Shown: positions 11,901-24,646 of the stretch, piece by piece | Layout: each line of letters opens with the position of its first letter | Numbering within the stretch: position 1 is the first letter of the stretch | DNA from: Callorhinchus milii | Lineage: Eukaryota | DNA length: 64,000 bases | Assembly: GCF_018977255.1 (NCBI RefSeq) | Contig: NW_024704755.1 | Location: forward strand, 15,252,001 to 15,316,000 | Reading direction: 5' to 3' | Program-made: the position numbers and the translations under genes | Notes under the pieces: generated by a model | The model's database searches: none | Told to the model about the DNA's origin: nothing | What the model saw: the letters and a program-made list of their open reading frames with translations, nothing else

Positions 11901-13019
11901 AATCTTTGTGCCTTTTTATGTCTTCGAGACCTCTCAAAGCACTTCACAGAATATACTGTAAAGTGAATTGAATTGATGCTGTACAAATGTGAATTGGTCT
12001 TGTTAATAGGTAACAAATAATCTGAGCAATGCAGGAACTTTTCTTACACAAATATATGCAAATTATATATTGTAGGGACATTATGGAGGTCTGTCAAATG
12101 GTGATGCAGACTACATCATATTTATGCTATGAAAAGCAGTAATCTACACTTTTATTGCACTCGTTCGTCTGTTGCACTTTTGTTTGACTGGCTCAGGATT
12201 TCTATGTGTACCTGATGCCTTTGGCACCTTCAAGCTAATCCTGCCTCAATCCCTGTACCCCACAAACTTTTTAAGTGTCTTCAAATCACACTTGAAGATT
12301 TTCCACTTCGCCTGTACCTATGGTCAATTTGCCAGACAGGCATTTTTGCCCACAAAATGCACACCACTTCATGTACTAAGAATGCATATCTGTTGTTATG
12401 TAAATAATGATATACTGTGTAGGTACAGCCACTTTAAAACATTAGGCACAGCCTAAATAATGGAAAAAGTTAATAACCTGCGGTCTATTTATAATGTCAG
12501 AGAGCGAGACTCTTGCAATGGAATTATCCTTTGACATTTACAAATACAGCAGAATGATTGGTGTTTTAATGCTTAGTTGTTTCATGTTAGATATATTTGT
12601 AGCAGTTACATGAATAGTTCAACGCCCACGCTTCAACTTTTTCACTGCGTTGGGTGAATTGTGTCTGCTTTTAAGTTAGCCATGTGTATAAGGAGTACCC
12701 TGGAACTTAATGCAGATGAACCAACATTGCAGGATCAGTCATAGTATGAGATCCTCTTGATGTGTTTGGATGGCAAGATGTGCTCAATAAGAAAAAAGCT
12801 TGTAGACTATTTGGGGTCCGTGACTTACGCCGCTGCTATAACAAAGCAATGATATTATTAGAAGTGTATATGAGAAAAAGAAGGCAGTACTGAAGGGCGA
12901 CATCAACCAACCCAACATAAACTGGGAATGTCCCAGTGTGAAAGATCAGAGCTTGCAAACATGTGCTTCCTTACTCATTTGATAAAGTACCACATGAAAG
13001 ACGCAGTGTTTGTATAGCA

Positions 13020-14460
13020 TCTACGCTTGTACAGCACCTTTCACGTCTGTAGGATGTCCCAAGGCATTGGATAGTCCGTGTATTGGACCCAAGCTGGGGT
13101 CGTGATTGGGGAGTGTGTAGGGCAGGGGTATGGAAGCAGGGTGATTGAAAGCATGGTTGTTAAGAAGGGTCTTGAGATGGGTGTTGAAGGAGGCAAGGGA
13201 CAGGGGGTGAGGTGGAGGTACTGTGGGATGGAGCACCAGAGGGTAGTGGCTGAGTGGCGGAAGGCCCGCCCGCCAATGGTTGTGGGCAAGGTGGAGAACG
13301 TGAAGCAGGCTGGAGCCCCTAAGCGGAGGAATCGGGCAGGATTGTAGGGTTTTAGGGAGTCACAGAGGTAGGGGCGGACATGGAGGGCTTTGAAGGTGAA
13401 CTCCAGGATCCCGAATGATGGGAAGCCAGTGGAGTTGGGCGACAATGGGGGTGATAGGGTCACGGAGCCTGGTGCGAGAGAGGACATGAACTGCAGAGTT
13501 CTGGATGATCTGCAGCCTATGGAGGGAGGATTGGGGAGGTTGAGTAGCAAGGAGTTTGCATAGTCAAACCTCGGTGTTATGAATGCATGTAAGAGGGTTT
13601 CGGCGTCCTGTGATGTGAGACAGTGGTGGAGCCGGGCGATACTGCAGAGGTGGGAGAAAGCAGAGTGGGTTGTGGTATGGATGTGGGATAGAAAGGATAG
13701 TTGAGGGTCAAAGAAGACGTCAAGGTTCTGGACTGGCTTAGTACGATGCAGTGTGCATCAATGGATGATGATGCTGTCAGCAGCTGAGGTGTGGAGGCAC
13801 TGAATGGAGCCTTCAGGAGGGTTTTAGTCTTGTTGATATTCAACTGAAGAAAGTTAGCTCTCATCCAGGACCGGAGTGTGACAGACATTCTGTTAGGACA
13901 GCAGTGGTCCTGGAGTCAAGGGCGGATGCAGAGACGTTCAGTAGCAAGCCATCTGCATCCATGGCAGTTGACCCCATGTCTGTGGATGATTTCACCAAGA
14001 GGGAGCATATAGATGTTGAAGTGGAGAAAGGACAGAACTCTAAGGAACGTCGCAAGAGATGGTGCAGAACTAGAGGAGAAACCGTTGGTGAGATGAAGTG
14101 TAGGTGGTGTGAGAGGTATGATCTGAACCATTCAAGGAAAGAACCATGAAGGTTGAGGTGAGAAGACAGGTGGTGGATGAGGATAGAATGGTCAACGGTG
14201 TCGATGGCAGCAGTGAGGTCAAGAAGGACAAGGAAGCAGAGTGAACCCTGTTCCCAGATGGACAGAATGTCATTTGTCACTTTGACCAGGGTTGTTTGTG
14301 TGCTGTGGGTATCACGGAAACCGGATTGGATGTGTTCATGAAGGGAATGGCGGGATGAGAGCTAACTTTCTTTAGTTGAACATCAACAAGACTGAGGCTC
14401 TCCTGATTGGCTCCTGTCAGCACTTCCACACCTCAGGTGCTGACAGCATCACCATCCATG
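13020..14460 (-). mobile_element. Decayed L2 LINE, RT region through 3' end
   Basis: LVLLDLTAAIDTVDHSIL, YMLPLGEII and WMRANFLQLNINKTK lie in broken frames. Confidence 0.87.
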
Positions 14461-14654
14461 GATACACACTCCACCTTACTTCAAGCCCCATATCTGGACA
14501 TGGAACGCATGTAGACAAAGAAAAATAATAATAATTCTTGTATTTGGGACAGCGCCAGATCACATCTTTGAGATATCTCAAAGCATTTTACAGACTACAC
14601 TGTTATGAAAATGACACTCCAATGTAGTACCGGAGGGTGTAGAATTTTTGGATA

Positions 14655-14790
14655 AACTGTCCTTCAGATGAGAAGCTGAACCAAGGACACGCCTGACTGT
14701 TTAGGTGGACATTAAAGATCCCATGGCACTCTTTAAAAACAGAAGGAAATTTTGCCTGGTTTGCTTGGCAACAGTCCCCCAAATTGATTA
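14655..14790 (+). mobile_element. Deu-domain SINE core fragment (another at ~56640-56765)
   Basis: tgtccttcagatgag..ggtggacattaaagatcccatggcact matches the DeuSINE core as I recall it; not database-checked. Confidence 0.55.
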
Positions 14791-15094
14791 TTTAATTCAT
14801 GGCTACTTTATTTATTCCAGGTCCAAGAGGCAGACTGTACCAATTGTTGTTTCATTAATACTGAAGAGACAGAGCGTCAACCTCGTCAATACGAGCTCAA
14901 AGTTATAACCTGGGCTTGAACCCAAACCATCTGATTCACCGTACATGTTATCAGGCATCATCCAACGGGAATTTTGATTGCACAGCATCCTCGGTCTCAA
15001 TTGTGGATAATGCTCATGGATAGTGTTCGGTAGCGGACAGCAAAAGCAAATGATCATTGTAATGGAGCCCTGGATTCAGCAATAGGCCACCTAC

Positions 15095-15510
15095 TTGGCA
15101 TTTAAGGCTGATCAACAATGAGTGCATGAGAAGCCAAGATTGTTCAATTGGAGAAAAGAAGAAGGGGATTATTTTCTTGGTGTTTTCTGAATCACACAGA
15201 GTATAAATAAACTGTCCTGAAATAATATGTTTGATGAAGGAAAGGAATGATGCAGAGGAAGGTGATGTTTGTCTCTGATGGCAATCACATATTCTGGGGT
15301 TAATGTTACTTTGACCGAAAAATAATCAATAACTATCAGAAAAAGAAGGCCAGATAGAGGCAGTAACATAACATCCCCGTCTCATGATTCTGAGCAGTTT
15401 TGACCCTGATCATCTGTAAAGAGCTGATCTGCAACAAGGCTGCATAAATGTTTTGCTGCGAAAAATGTTTCTGTGTCATTTGACTTCCTGTCTTTGAGGG
15501 TTCAGGAAGT
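15095..15510 (-). pseudogene. Degenerate promoter + leader + V remnant
   Basis: Acceptor ttttctgatag then SVKVTLTPEYVIAIR(E)TNITFLC with a frameshift, homologous to SLKVTQIPDHVAVIRGTNVTFHC. Decayed leader and ETS sites lie upstream. Confidence 0.62.
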
Positions 15511-16169
15511 TGAGTGTGTGTTGCAAGGGCAATTTGTAAGCACACGTGATCCCTAAAGCTATGATGAGTGTAACCCAATGGATATTGACAGACAAACGTA
15601 GCAAAACATTCGGGGGCAGGGGAGTGTGGAGAGAAATAAACATGCATGGTCCAGGACACTGTGCTCATCAAGATCTAAAATCCCATCTAGTCTTCGAGTG
15701 CCAGCACATTTTTAATGTGCATCAAGCAAAATTGTCAAAAGTTCTTAAAGTTAGCCTTAATTTGAAAGTCAGTTTTACACAGTAAAAACAAGTGAATATA
15801 GGTATTTTGCACAAATTAGTGTGACCATAAATACGAAGGGCTATTTATGGTCACACATGAAGAATGATGTCCAATTTGAAGATCCTCTTGGACGTGATAT
15901 TGGGGATAACCAGCAACAATGGCTAAAATCCCAGGATAAGGAGACTGTGGCCTAGGAGTGAAGGTGTATGCCAATCATAAAACATAATTTAGAAACAAAA
16001 ACTGTGTTTTGCCATCAAACATGGCAGCCAATTTTCACACAGCAATGACGCATGAGCAGCCATGAAAATAGTTGGGCGAGTGATTGAGAGAAAGAGAGAT
16101 AGTGATTGAGGAGAGAGAGAAAGAGAGAGAATGTGAGCCTCCGTCGGCCATCGCGTAGAGAAGAAGGAC

Positions 16170-16560
16170 AGACACCAAACCACGTGTCTGGCATTATCCT
16201 CACAGAAAGTTCCCTCTTTCCCCAGTGAGAAACTCCTCTATGTTCTTCATCCCCCCCCAATCCTACCTCTGCAGCCTACCCACCAGATGCTTCTGTTTGC
16301 AGTGCTCCCTATCCCTTCCACTCCATCTGCCGCAACATTGCCATTTGTCCCGGCTCTCAGGATCTCTATTTCCGGAGTCCCTCCCCTCTTCCAAGGCATA
16401 TCAAGAACTCTTGAACAGGGCTTTTGGTCATCGTTTCCCCTCCCCATTCCTTCCCTTGGCTTCCTCCTCTGGCTGAGGTGCTGAGATGAATGTGTCAAGT
16501 GTATTCTGTGAAGCGCATTGAGACATCGGTGATATGACAAGGCACCATATCATTTGCAAA
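16170..16560 (+). mobile_element. Old L2 3' fragment (paralogs ~30320-30730, 44935-45335)
   Basis: Pyrimidine-rich L2 3' region ending in the shared gcgc..atatgaaatgcaaggattattatt-type tail. Confidence 0.5.
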
Positions 16561-18531
16561 GATTATTATTATCCATTGCTCAGCAGCCAAAAGGTTGCAT
16601 TTGATGCAGCACTTTTTAAATCTTCTAGACATATTAAAGCACTTTAAAGAATATGCTGTAAAGTGAATTGACTGTATATTTGTGGGCGAAATGAGTTCCA
16701 AGTCCCGACATGGGGCTTAAATCGACAAACCTCTGGCTGGGAAGTGAAAGTGTGACCAAATGAGCCACAGCGCACTCATCTGATGTACTTGGATGTATTT
16801 TTAAAACGAATGGCTACATATCATAACAAATGCTCACTGAACAGATGCCATTGCAATACAGATAAAAGCTTAAATAATAATTAAACAAGCCACATTTTCT
16901 ACACCATAACATTAGTTTGATGCCATATCATCGAACCAAACTCGAATGAAGAAAATAAGTGTAGTACCAACCGCTCTGGGCGGCAATAAAAATGGAAGCT
17001 CTTAAGGCACAATAGCGCTTGGTGGCAATGAGTCTTCTTTTGGCTAACAAATTCTTATGTTCTTATTTTCTTAAGTTGTTATTGAAGCGTATTAAAGGTA
17101 AATTGGATAATATATCTAAAATACAGCTCAACACAAAGATTGGATGCATTTAACAGATTTCCGCTTGTCCTAGACATTGCTTTCATCTGGTGCAATGACA
17201 ATCAACGATTGACTCAATTACCACATTCAACTTCATTGAACTTTTTATTTATTGCAACTCAAAATGATGAAATCAAAGCTTTTATGTTCAATTATAATGC
17301 ACAATACAAAGAACTTCATTTGAGATTTTAGACAAGTGGTATTTCAAATATCATACAAAAATACAATAAAACCTTTATTCTTTGCAATATCCTCACCGTC
17401 ATCCTTACTAAACACAAATAGCTCTATTTTAACACAATAAAATATGTAATTTATGAGACTTGGTGATCAAGTCTCGGCAGTTCACACATGACAGTGTGTG
17501 CAATGTAAAAATTTATTTGAGCCTTGGAGGAGAATGAAAACTTGACTCAATTTCCTGGTGCAAAATTTGAAAGGTTTGCCAACTTGGAAACAAATAGCAA
17601 CAAATTGGATTGTTTTTTGAATTACGCTAAAATACTTTTTATTTTTAAAGAGCTGAAAAATGTGAATTGTTTAGGCTGGTCCAGTGAAATAATACAAAAG
17701 CAATATAGATCGAAGAGTAGACGCCTTCTGGATCCTTTTGTGGACAAGGCTCTGTGGCTACTGGTACATAGATTTCTTAACACCATCACCAACATCATTT
17801 TCAGCAGCAGTTGGAAAAATCAAAACACGTTCTACATTTGATGTACAGCTGGACTCCAGGGTATGTCCTGAAATTAAAAAACATTATATTTGATGCGTTT
17901 GGTTTATTTTATTATGTTAGTAAGTGTTGGTTTATTGGAGCCAAGTTGTCCAAGCTGATGTATTTTATTTTGACGTGGGTCTATGAAGAAAATTTGGGAA
18001 GTTACTCATATAAACGGGTGAAAAACAAATAAGAGGTGATATTTGAAATACATTCCAACTCCTAAATGGTATAAATCAAATGCACTCAAATATGTTTGAT
18101 ACAGAATACCAGTCCATAATTTATGATCTTCTGTTTCTTCCAGTCAGTGTAATTCCATCAGCACAATTCAATCACCTCTAATCGTTTCTTCCTTACTTCA
18201 TCTATAACAAAACAAGCAGTGCAAATGAGAATATCACCAATCCTTTGATTCTTTGATTAATTGTAATAATTACTGCTTTTCACCCAAACAAATTGATGTT
18301 TCAATCTGAAATGTTTACAACGAGACTGCAAACATAAAATGTTTAGTTTCATTCTACACGGTTGCTAAACTTATTCAGATAACATGATTTGCAGTTAGAT
18401 TGCACCTTTCATGTTGGAAGGATGTCTTAAATTGCTTGGCTCAGTTTGTTGGGCACCGGAGCTGGAGACGGAAGCCGAAATATTACATGTGACTGCCTGA
18501 TATCATTTGTCTCTAAGACAATATCAATTTA

Positions 18532-20355
18532 TTATAACACTGGATATATTTTCAACTTATCTTCAAGAATATTCAGCCTGAGGGATGCAGATCTCATGAA
18601 TGACGACATTAACATTAATATGATAACCAAGTAACAGATATGGAAGTTATTACATGAATATGCTGTTCAATATTGTTACAGATAACTGGAGAGTTGGATG
18701 AGATATTTATATAACCACTGATTATCAGAGAATCCTCCAACACAGCAAAACGTAATTCCCACATTTTGAACAATATTGTCCCGGTTACCAACAACAACAA
18801 CAACTTGGATTTATATAGTGCCCTCCATGCCGGACGGCTTGTCAGCGAACAACATAAACTTGTTTCCTCTCATTGATAATGTTAAGGCTTACGACATAAA
18901 CACAATAATTGTAAACGAAAGACAATGTCATTTTGAAACAAAGAAAGCCTTACCATTCAAGTGGTTTGGCTCTAATGCAGTCAACAATGAAGATTGTCAA
19001 CACTATCAGTAGGAAGAAACATAATACAAACCGAAAAACCATCACATCGTTGGACATTCCACGGTAACCTAGAAAACAAATATCGCACTGTAAAATGTTT
19101 ACATGAAATCTACTGAATAATTAGACTGTATTGGGAAACTGCACATGTTCTTAGATAATTGATATTGGAAGCTACAATGAGGTGGACGATTATTATAAAC
19201 TGCGCATTCAATTGATCCACAGCAAACAGTCGTGAATATCAGCAGGCAGTTTTTTTTATATAATAATATTAATAATAATCCTTGCATTTGATACAGCGCT
19301 TTTCACGTCTTCTAGACATCTCAAAACGCTTCACAGAATATGCTGTAAAGTGAATTGACTGTATATTTGTGGGAGAAACACGGCAGCCAATTACGCACAG
19401 CAGTGTCCCACAAACAGAAGTGGATTGAAAATGACCAATTTATTATTGTTTTGTTTTAGAGGGATTATTATTAAGTGTGTGAAGTTGGGAAAGTTGCGCA
19501 AGGTTTCGCCCTGCCTGCAATTGAACCCAGGTGTCTCGCTTGCAAGGCGAGTGCTCTAACCACTGAACTATAACATCACTGTGTTTAGTGAAGTTATAGA
19601 GAGACAGTTATATATTATGCGTTAGAAGTTCCCCTTAGACTGTTTGCTCAGCTTCAAATGTACCAAATATAACCGCTGTTCCAACCCGAGCCATTGAGAA
19701 GCGGATACCATCGTAATCAAAAATTATTGCATAGGACATCTGCTAAAAATCCAATTTCTGATTTCATGTGGAAATCGCATGTTGATTCCTGATTGCGTGT
19801 GGAACCCGCAGCACTATTGCACTTTAGAAGTTAGTAAATGACAAAAAATAACATTTTGTAGAAAACATATTTAGAATTTAATAACAAAACAAGAACATCC
19901 CCAGGTTTGAGGTATTCTTTGATTCAAAGACTATATATCTCCAGTTGATTGTGTTATATATAGACATATACACACATGGAGTTTACAGCGAGAAACTTGT
20001 ATGATTATCAATTGTAGCGTAAATAAATGTAAATACAATTTCCAGTAACAAGGTGTTTAACAACAAAAGACAGAAAGACAAGATGTTTCCTGCCATACAA
20101 TCCCGTGTCGGGTTTACAAACTGTGTCGCTGCGACTCCGGGAGTCCGGAGGCTGCCGTGAGATGTCAGACAGCAATAACCAGCCCCGCGCTGTCCCGGCG
20201 GTATCTCTTCTCTGTGGCTATAGAGCTCGAAACTTCATAAAGTCCCTTTGAATTCTTTCTTTATTACAATTTATCCCCGTTTTAACTTCACTGCCATCTT
20301 TATTCCAAGTGAGTTTGATATCTCCGGGTACAACCCACCCATATCACTCACAAAG
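18532..20355 (-). pseudogene. Degenerate C1 exon (~20355-20095) and frameshifted TM-like exon (18685-18532)
   Basis: Across frameshifts reads PGDIKLTWNKDG..GLYEVSSS..YCCLTSHGSLRTP. The TM-like exon start matches the fragment at ~54870. Confidence 0.62.
19260..19572 (-). mobile_element. Full-length SINE, same family
   Basis: Same head, body and tail as 27400-27737. Confidence 0.82.
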
Positions 20356-22096
20356 TGTTCACGTCTTCTATTCGGAATAATTCGTTCAGTTTAGGGCAAT
20401 GAACAGTTTGTGATCAGTGAGACATAACCTGAACATTGTGGCTAAACCTCTCAGAAGTGATGTGGAACCTTTCTCTTCACGTGGAATTTTGGAATCCACT
20501 CAAATAAAGAGCCTGAAATGTAGATTTAAGTGGGATATTTAAAAGCAAGATAGGTAATAGCTTTACGGGATTTGGAAAATGTTGGAGAGATTGTATTTGA
20601 AATTCTGCCACCATTTCAGAGCAACAACAACCTGCATTTATATAGCGTCCCTCAAGCAGGAGATTGTTCTGAAGAAGACAGGAGATTTCACTGTAATTAG
20701 AGATATAAGCAGAACCTCCCCGTTCACACCACAATTGCGCACAGCAGTGTCCTACAAACAATCGTGGATTGAGTGAGTAAATTATTATTATTATTTTTAA
20801 AAAAAAGTTTTGAAGTTATTATTAACCCTTGAAAAAAATCCATGAATCGACTAACATCTGGTTCGAATTTACCGCTCGCCCTGCCCGGGAACCGTAACCA
20901 GGTCCCCTCGCATTGCATTGGATTGTCAGTGACCTGGGATAATCACAATTAATGCATTCAGGATAGAATACAATATTAGATAAACATTCTGGTTACGGCG
21001 CTATGGAGGGATATACATGTTTGAAAGCATTGTTAACTTTAGACATTGATGTGCATAATTGATGAATACTGTTTTAATGTAAGTATTAAGCACAATAACC
21101 AGTTTAAATATTATATCTATTCTCAGTCTGTATTTTTATAGAATTCAGAATGAAAATCACAAGGTGATCAAAACTGAAAACACTTTGATATTTTGTATCT
21201 TAAGATAGGTGTAGCTAATGACAACTGATCACCTTTATTTTAATGATTGTTTTTGATTTTAATACACAGACGAGGGTGACACATGGGTTATCAAAATGGA
21301 CAATTGATATTCAGAGAAACCCCCACTAAATAAAATCCATGATTTGTAAAATAGCTCGGCTGTACCCATTGACATCTGATCACAGTGATGAAACATACTC
21401 ACTTGCTATTAATAAAAGGAGGGAACATGAGGGGATGGAAAGACATTTTGTGATCAAGTACATTGTGCTAAAATGAAGATTTTTTGAAAATAATGTGGGT
21501 TTAGGATGTTTCCACCTGGATACTAGTGGTTAGGTTTAACAAAACGTTTGGTGATTCACGTCAAATGTTTCACATTCAAACAGTATAATGCATTTTATCA
21601 CCACCCTGCACAACCCGCTCACCACCATTCACCGTACCCTTGGCTCCTATTGACTCTGGTATCGCTTCCTATCCCCTGAGGTTCCCCAGGACTACAGTCA
21701 CGTTCCATCCCTCAAGCAGTTGCTGCCGAAAAATGGATATTCCTCAGGATGTTCCTCTATCCTCGATCCTCTGCTCTTCACTATCTATATATGCTCCCAC
21801 TTGGCGACATCACTGTAGACATGTATTACATGTTCAAATGTACAACCATGAAACCCAACTCTCCCATCTTCCTCCACACTCAATCTCCACCTTCGACCCG
21901 ATTGCTGTCAGGCATCAAGTCCTTGATGAGCTCTAACTTCCTTCAGCTGAATAATAATAATAATCTTTGCATTTTATACAGCGACTTGTAGATCGGAAGC
22001 AACGATTATTATTATTATTAACTCGTTATTGTTGTCTCAAATGGCTTCAGATGATTTACTTAATGAATCAAAGCAACGAAACATCGCTATGAAAGT

Positions 22097-22182
22097 TCAA
22101 TTCACAATAGTTGACTTTTTAACTGCGAACCCACCCGCTGCACATCCAGCCCACAATAAATATCGAGTTACACTTTTACTGT
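22097..22182 (-). CDS. A2 half-TM terminal exon
   Basis: Intact acceptor gtttctccag; homologous to the A1 TM exon up to GGFA, then intron-derived sequence and TGA. Confidence 0.55.
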
Positions 22183-24562
22183 CTGGAGAAACAGTGCAAA
22201 CTGAGGTGAAACATTGTGCAGCACAACGATTTATAGTTCCAGTCATTGCAGTAGAAAATAAATGTTATGCATATCAGTTATGAATTATATTTTCCCCACA
22301 AAATACAAACCATAAATTGTAGAGCAAGACGGCGGTACCCAGTGACACCTCATCACAAGCAATGAAACGTGCTCACTTGTTATTAATAAAACGAGGGAAC
22401 ATTGTGGAATAGAATTGCATTTTGTGATCAAACGCCTTGTGTTAAAAAGGGTTTGAAAATTAGACCGCTTTATGATGCTATATTATGTTAAGTTATTATA
22501 CGTATATAATATGCGTTAGGTTTAGCAAAACCTTCACACCAAAAGATACAATATATTTTATGACCATCATCCACAACTCCCTCATCACCATTCTTAACAC
22601 ATTGGTCTCTCATCATATCAGCCATCGCTTCCTATCCCCTCAGGTTCCCCAGGACAACAGTCACACTCCATCGCTCAAGTCACAGTTTCTTGCTCCTGAA
22701 CATTGGATGTTCCTCATGGCTCTATCCTCGGTCCTCTGCTCTTCACTATCTATATGCTCCCACTTGGCGACATCACTGTAGACATGTATTGCATATTCAC
22801 ATGTACAATGATGAAACCCAACTCTCCCATCTTCCTCCACACTCGACCTCCAACTTCGACCCGATTGCTGTCAGACATCAAGTGATTGATCAGCTCTGAC
22901 TTTCTTCAGCTGAATAATAATAATAATCCATGCATTTTATACTTCGACTTATATATCGAATGCAAGGATTAATATTATTATTATCTCGTTATTGTTGTCT
23001 CAAATCGCTTCAGATGATTTACTTGATGAATCAATGCAACAAAGCATCCCTCTGAAAATTCAATTAATAACAGTTGACTTTTTAAAAATCTTTTAGCATC
23101 TTACCTTTAGATTTTGGGAAAGCGAAGGTGGCAATAGCTGAAGTCTTGAGGCTGACGTGAGACACCAGACAGGTATAAACAGACCCATTCTGGCCAGACT
23201 GTGTGACTTCAATAGAGCTCGAGGCCTTATAGAGATCCTCTGAGTTCTGCTTCTCAGTGGAACCTGACTCTTCCAGCTTTATTTCTGGTGTTGGCACAAT
23301 TTCGGTGCCATCTTTATACCAAGTGAAGGTGATTTCCTTTGGGTGAAACAAAGCAGTTTCACACACAAGAGTCTGAGGCTTAGGTGAATTCCTAGAGAAA
23401 ATCTTCAGTGGAGTTGGGGGAACTGCAGAAAAGATAATGGAGGAGAATCGTATTCATTTTGATCAATCAGCAGGAGAAACTTTATTTTAATTTGTATCCA
23501 ATACATTTCTTTGCAAACTCCTGATTCCTGAGTACAATTGGAGGTTTGTTTAGATACACAAATATCCCTCTCACAGCAGCATCGCCTTGCTCCTGCTTTA
23601 ACTACATTGTGGCTTTGTCAAGTAATATTTATTCATAATCTTTATCTTGCATATTATTACTAACTTTGATGATTGGCAGGTGCAAATGATCACTTAAAAA
23701 TGTCTGTTCAATAGGTTGAACCCGCGAACAATAGAGGATTCCTGGCAGAGGTGTGCACACTGTGTTAGTGTGGCTCAGTTGGTTGTACTTTCGGCTCTGA
23801 GATAGAATTTCGCTTCTGCTGACCGCTGCCGAACGGTGGTGATAAAATAATCATTGCATTTGAAAATAGCACCTTATCACATCTTCGAGATGTCTCAAAG
23901 CACTTTAAAAACTAGATTGTGAAAGTTATAATGTACAAACAATATAAATAACGATATAGCATTCACCGCATTTATTACTTTTCATGTAATTTCTAAATGC
24001 CAATTTCGCTCTTCATTCACACTCACCGCACACAGTTAATCGCGATCCAGATCCTGTTCCGATTATTGATCCCTGACGGACCACTACACAGCGATAGACT
24101 CCAGAGTCCTGTGAAATCACATTCAAGAACTGGAAGAAGCTGCTTCCTTTAGTTTTTACACCAAATAGTTTCCTGTTATCCTCCTTTGTATCCAAATAGC
24201 CACTCTCACCCTTCTTATTCCACTGCACCTCCACTTCTGAACCGTCTTGAGAGAAGGGGAAGATACAGCGGAAGGTAACATTTGTTCCTCTGATGGCAGC
24301 CACATGGTCGGGGATTTGAGTCACTTTCACGGAAGAATCGCCATCAACTGTCAGAAAATAAAGTCAAACACTGACTTCTCAGGTGGTGAGCCATTGAGAA
24401 AACAAATGAGTAAAAGAGGAATAAACGTAAGTATGTAAGATAAATGTCACATGGAAACAAGTTTGCAAGTATTTCATAGAATAACCGAACTATAGAATGA
24501 ACATATATACCTGTTGAAATAATGTGTAAGGCAGACAGGTACAGGAAGACAACACTCCCCAT
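22097..24562 (-). CDS. Gene A2: leader-V-C1 with truncated TM exon, predicted 258 aa, probably soluble
   Basis: Exons 24562-24511, 24347-24027, 23422-23105 are intact. The remnant exon 22182-22097 reads DSKSVTRYLLWAGCAAGGFAVKKSTIVN-stop. Confidence 0.72.
23105..23422 (-). CDS. A2 C1-set exon
   Basis: Open, 318 nt, canonical splice sites. Confidence 0.92.
24027..24347 (-). CDS. A2 V-set exon
   Basis: Both Cys, the Trp, DSGVYRC and GSGSRLTV are present; 321 nt, open. Confidence 0.92.
24511..24562 (-). CDS. A2 leader exon MGSVVFLYLSALHIIST
   Basis: 52 nt, donor ACAG|GTATAT. Confidence 0.85.
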
Positions 24563-24637
24563 GTCTGACTCTGGCTCTGATGGTCTGTCACAAGTGAACG
24601 TGGATTATTTGATGCAGAGTAGGTCGCTGTGACACTG

Positions 24638-24646
24638 ACTTCCTGT
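24638..24646 (-). promoter_or_regulatory. ETS site in the A2 promoter
   Basis: ACAGGAAGT 76 nt upstream of the ATG. Confidence 0.55.

Noticed and set aside
15169-15369. Signal-peptide-like ORF MLLPLSGLLFLIVID.. fused to a V start
   Set aside because: The hydrophobic stretch is the translated polypyrimidine tract of the pseudo-exon acceptor, and the V frame shifts shortly after.
22097-22182. GPI-anchor signal in the truncated exon
   Set aside because: The hydrophobic stretch is followed by KKST rather than ending the protein; not formally excluded without a predictor.
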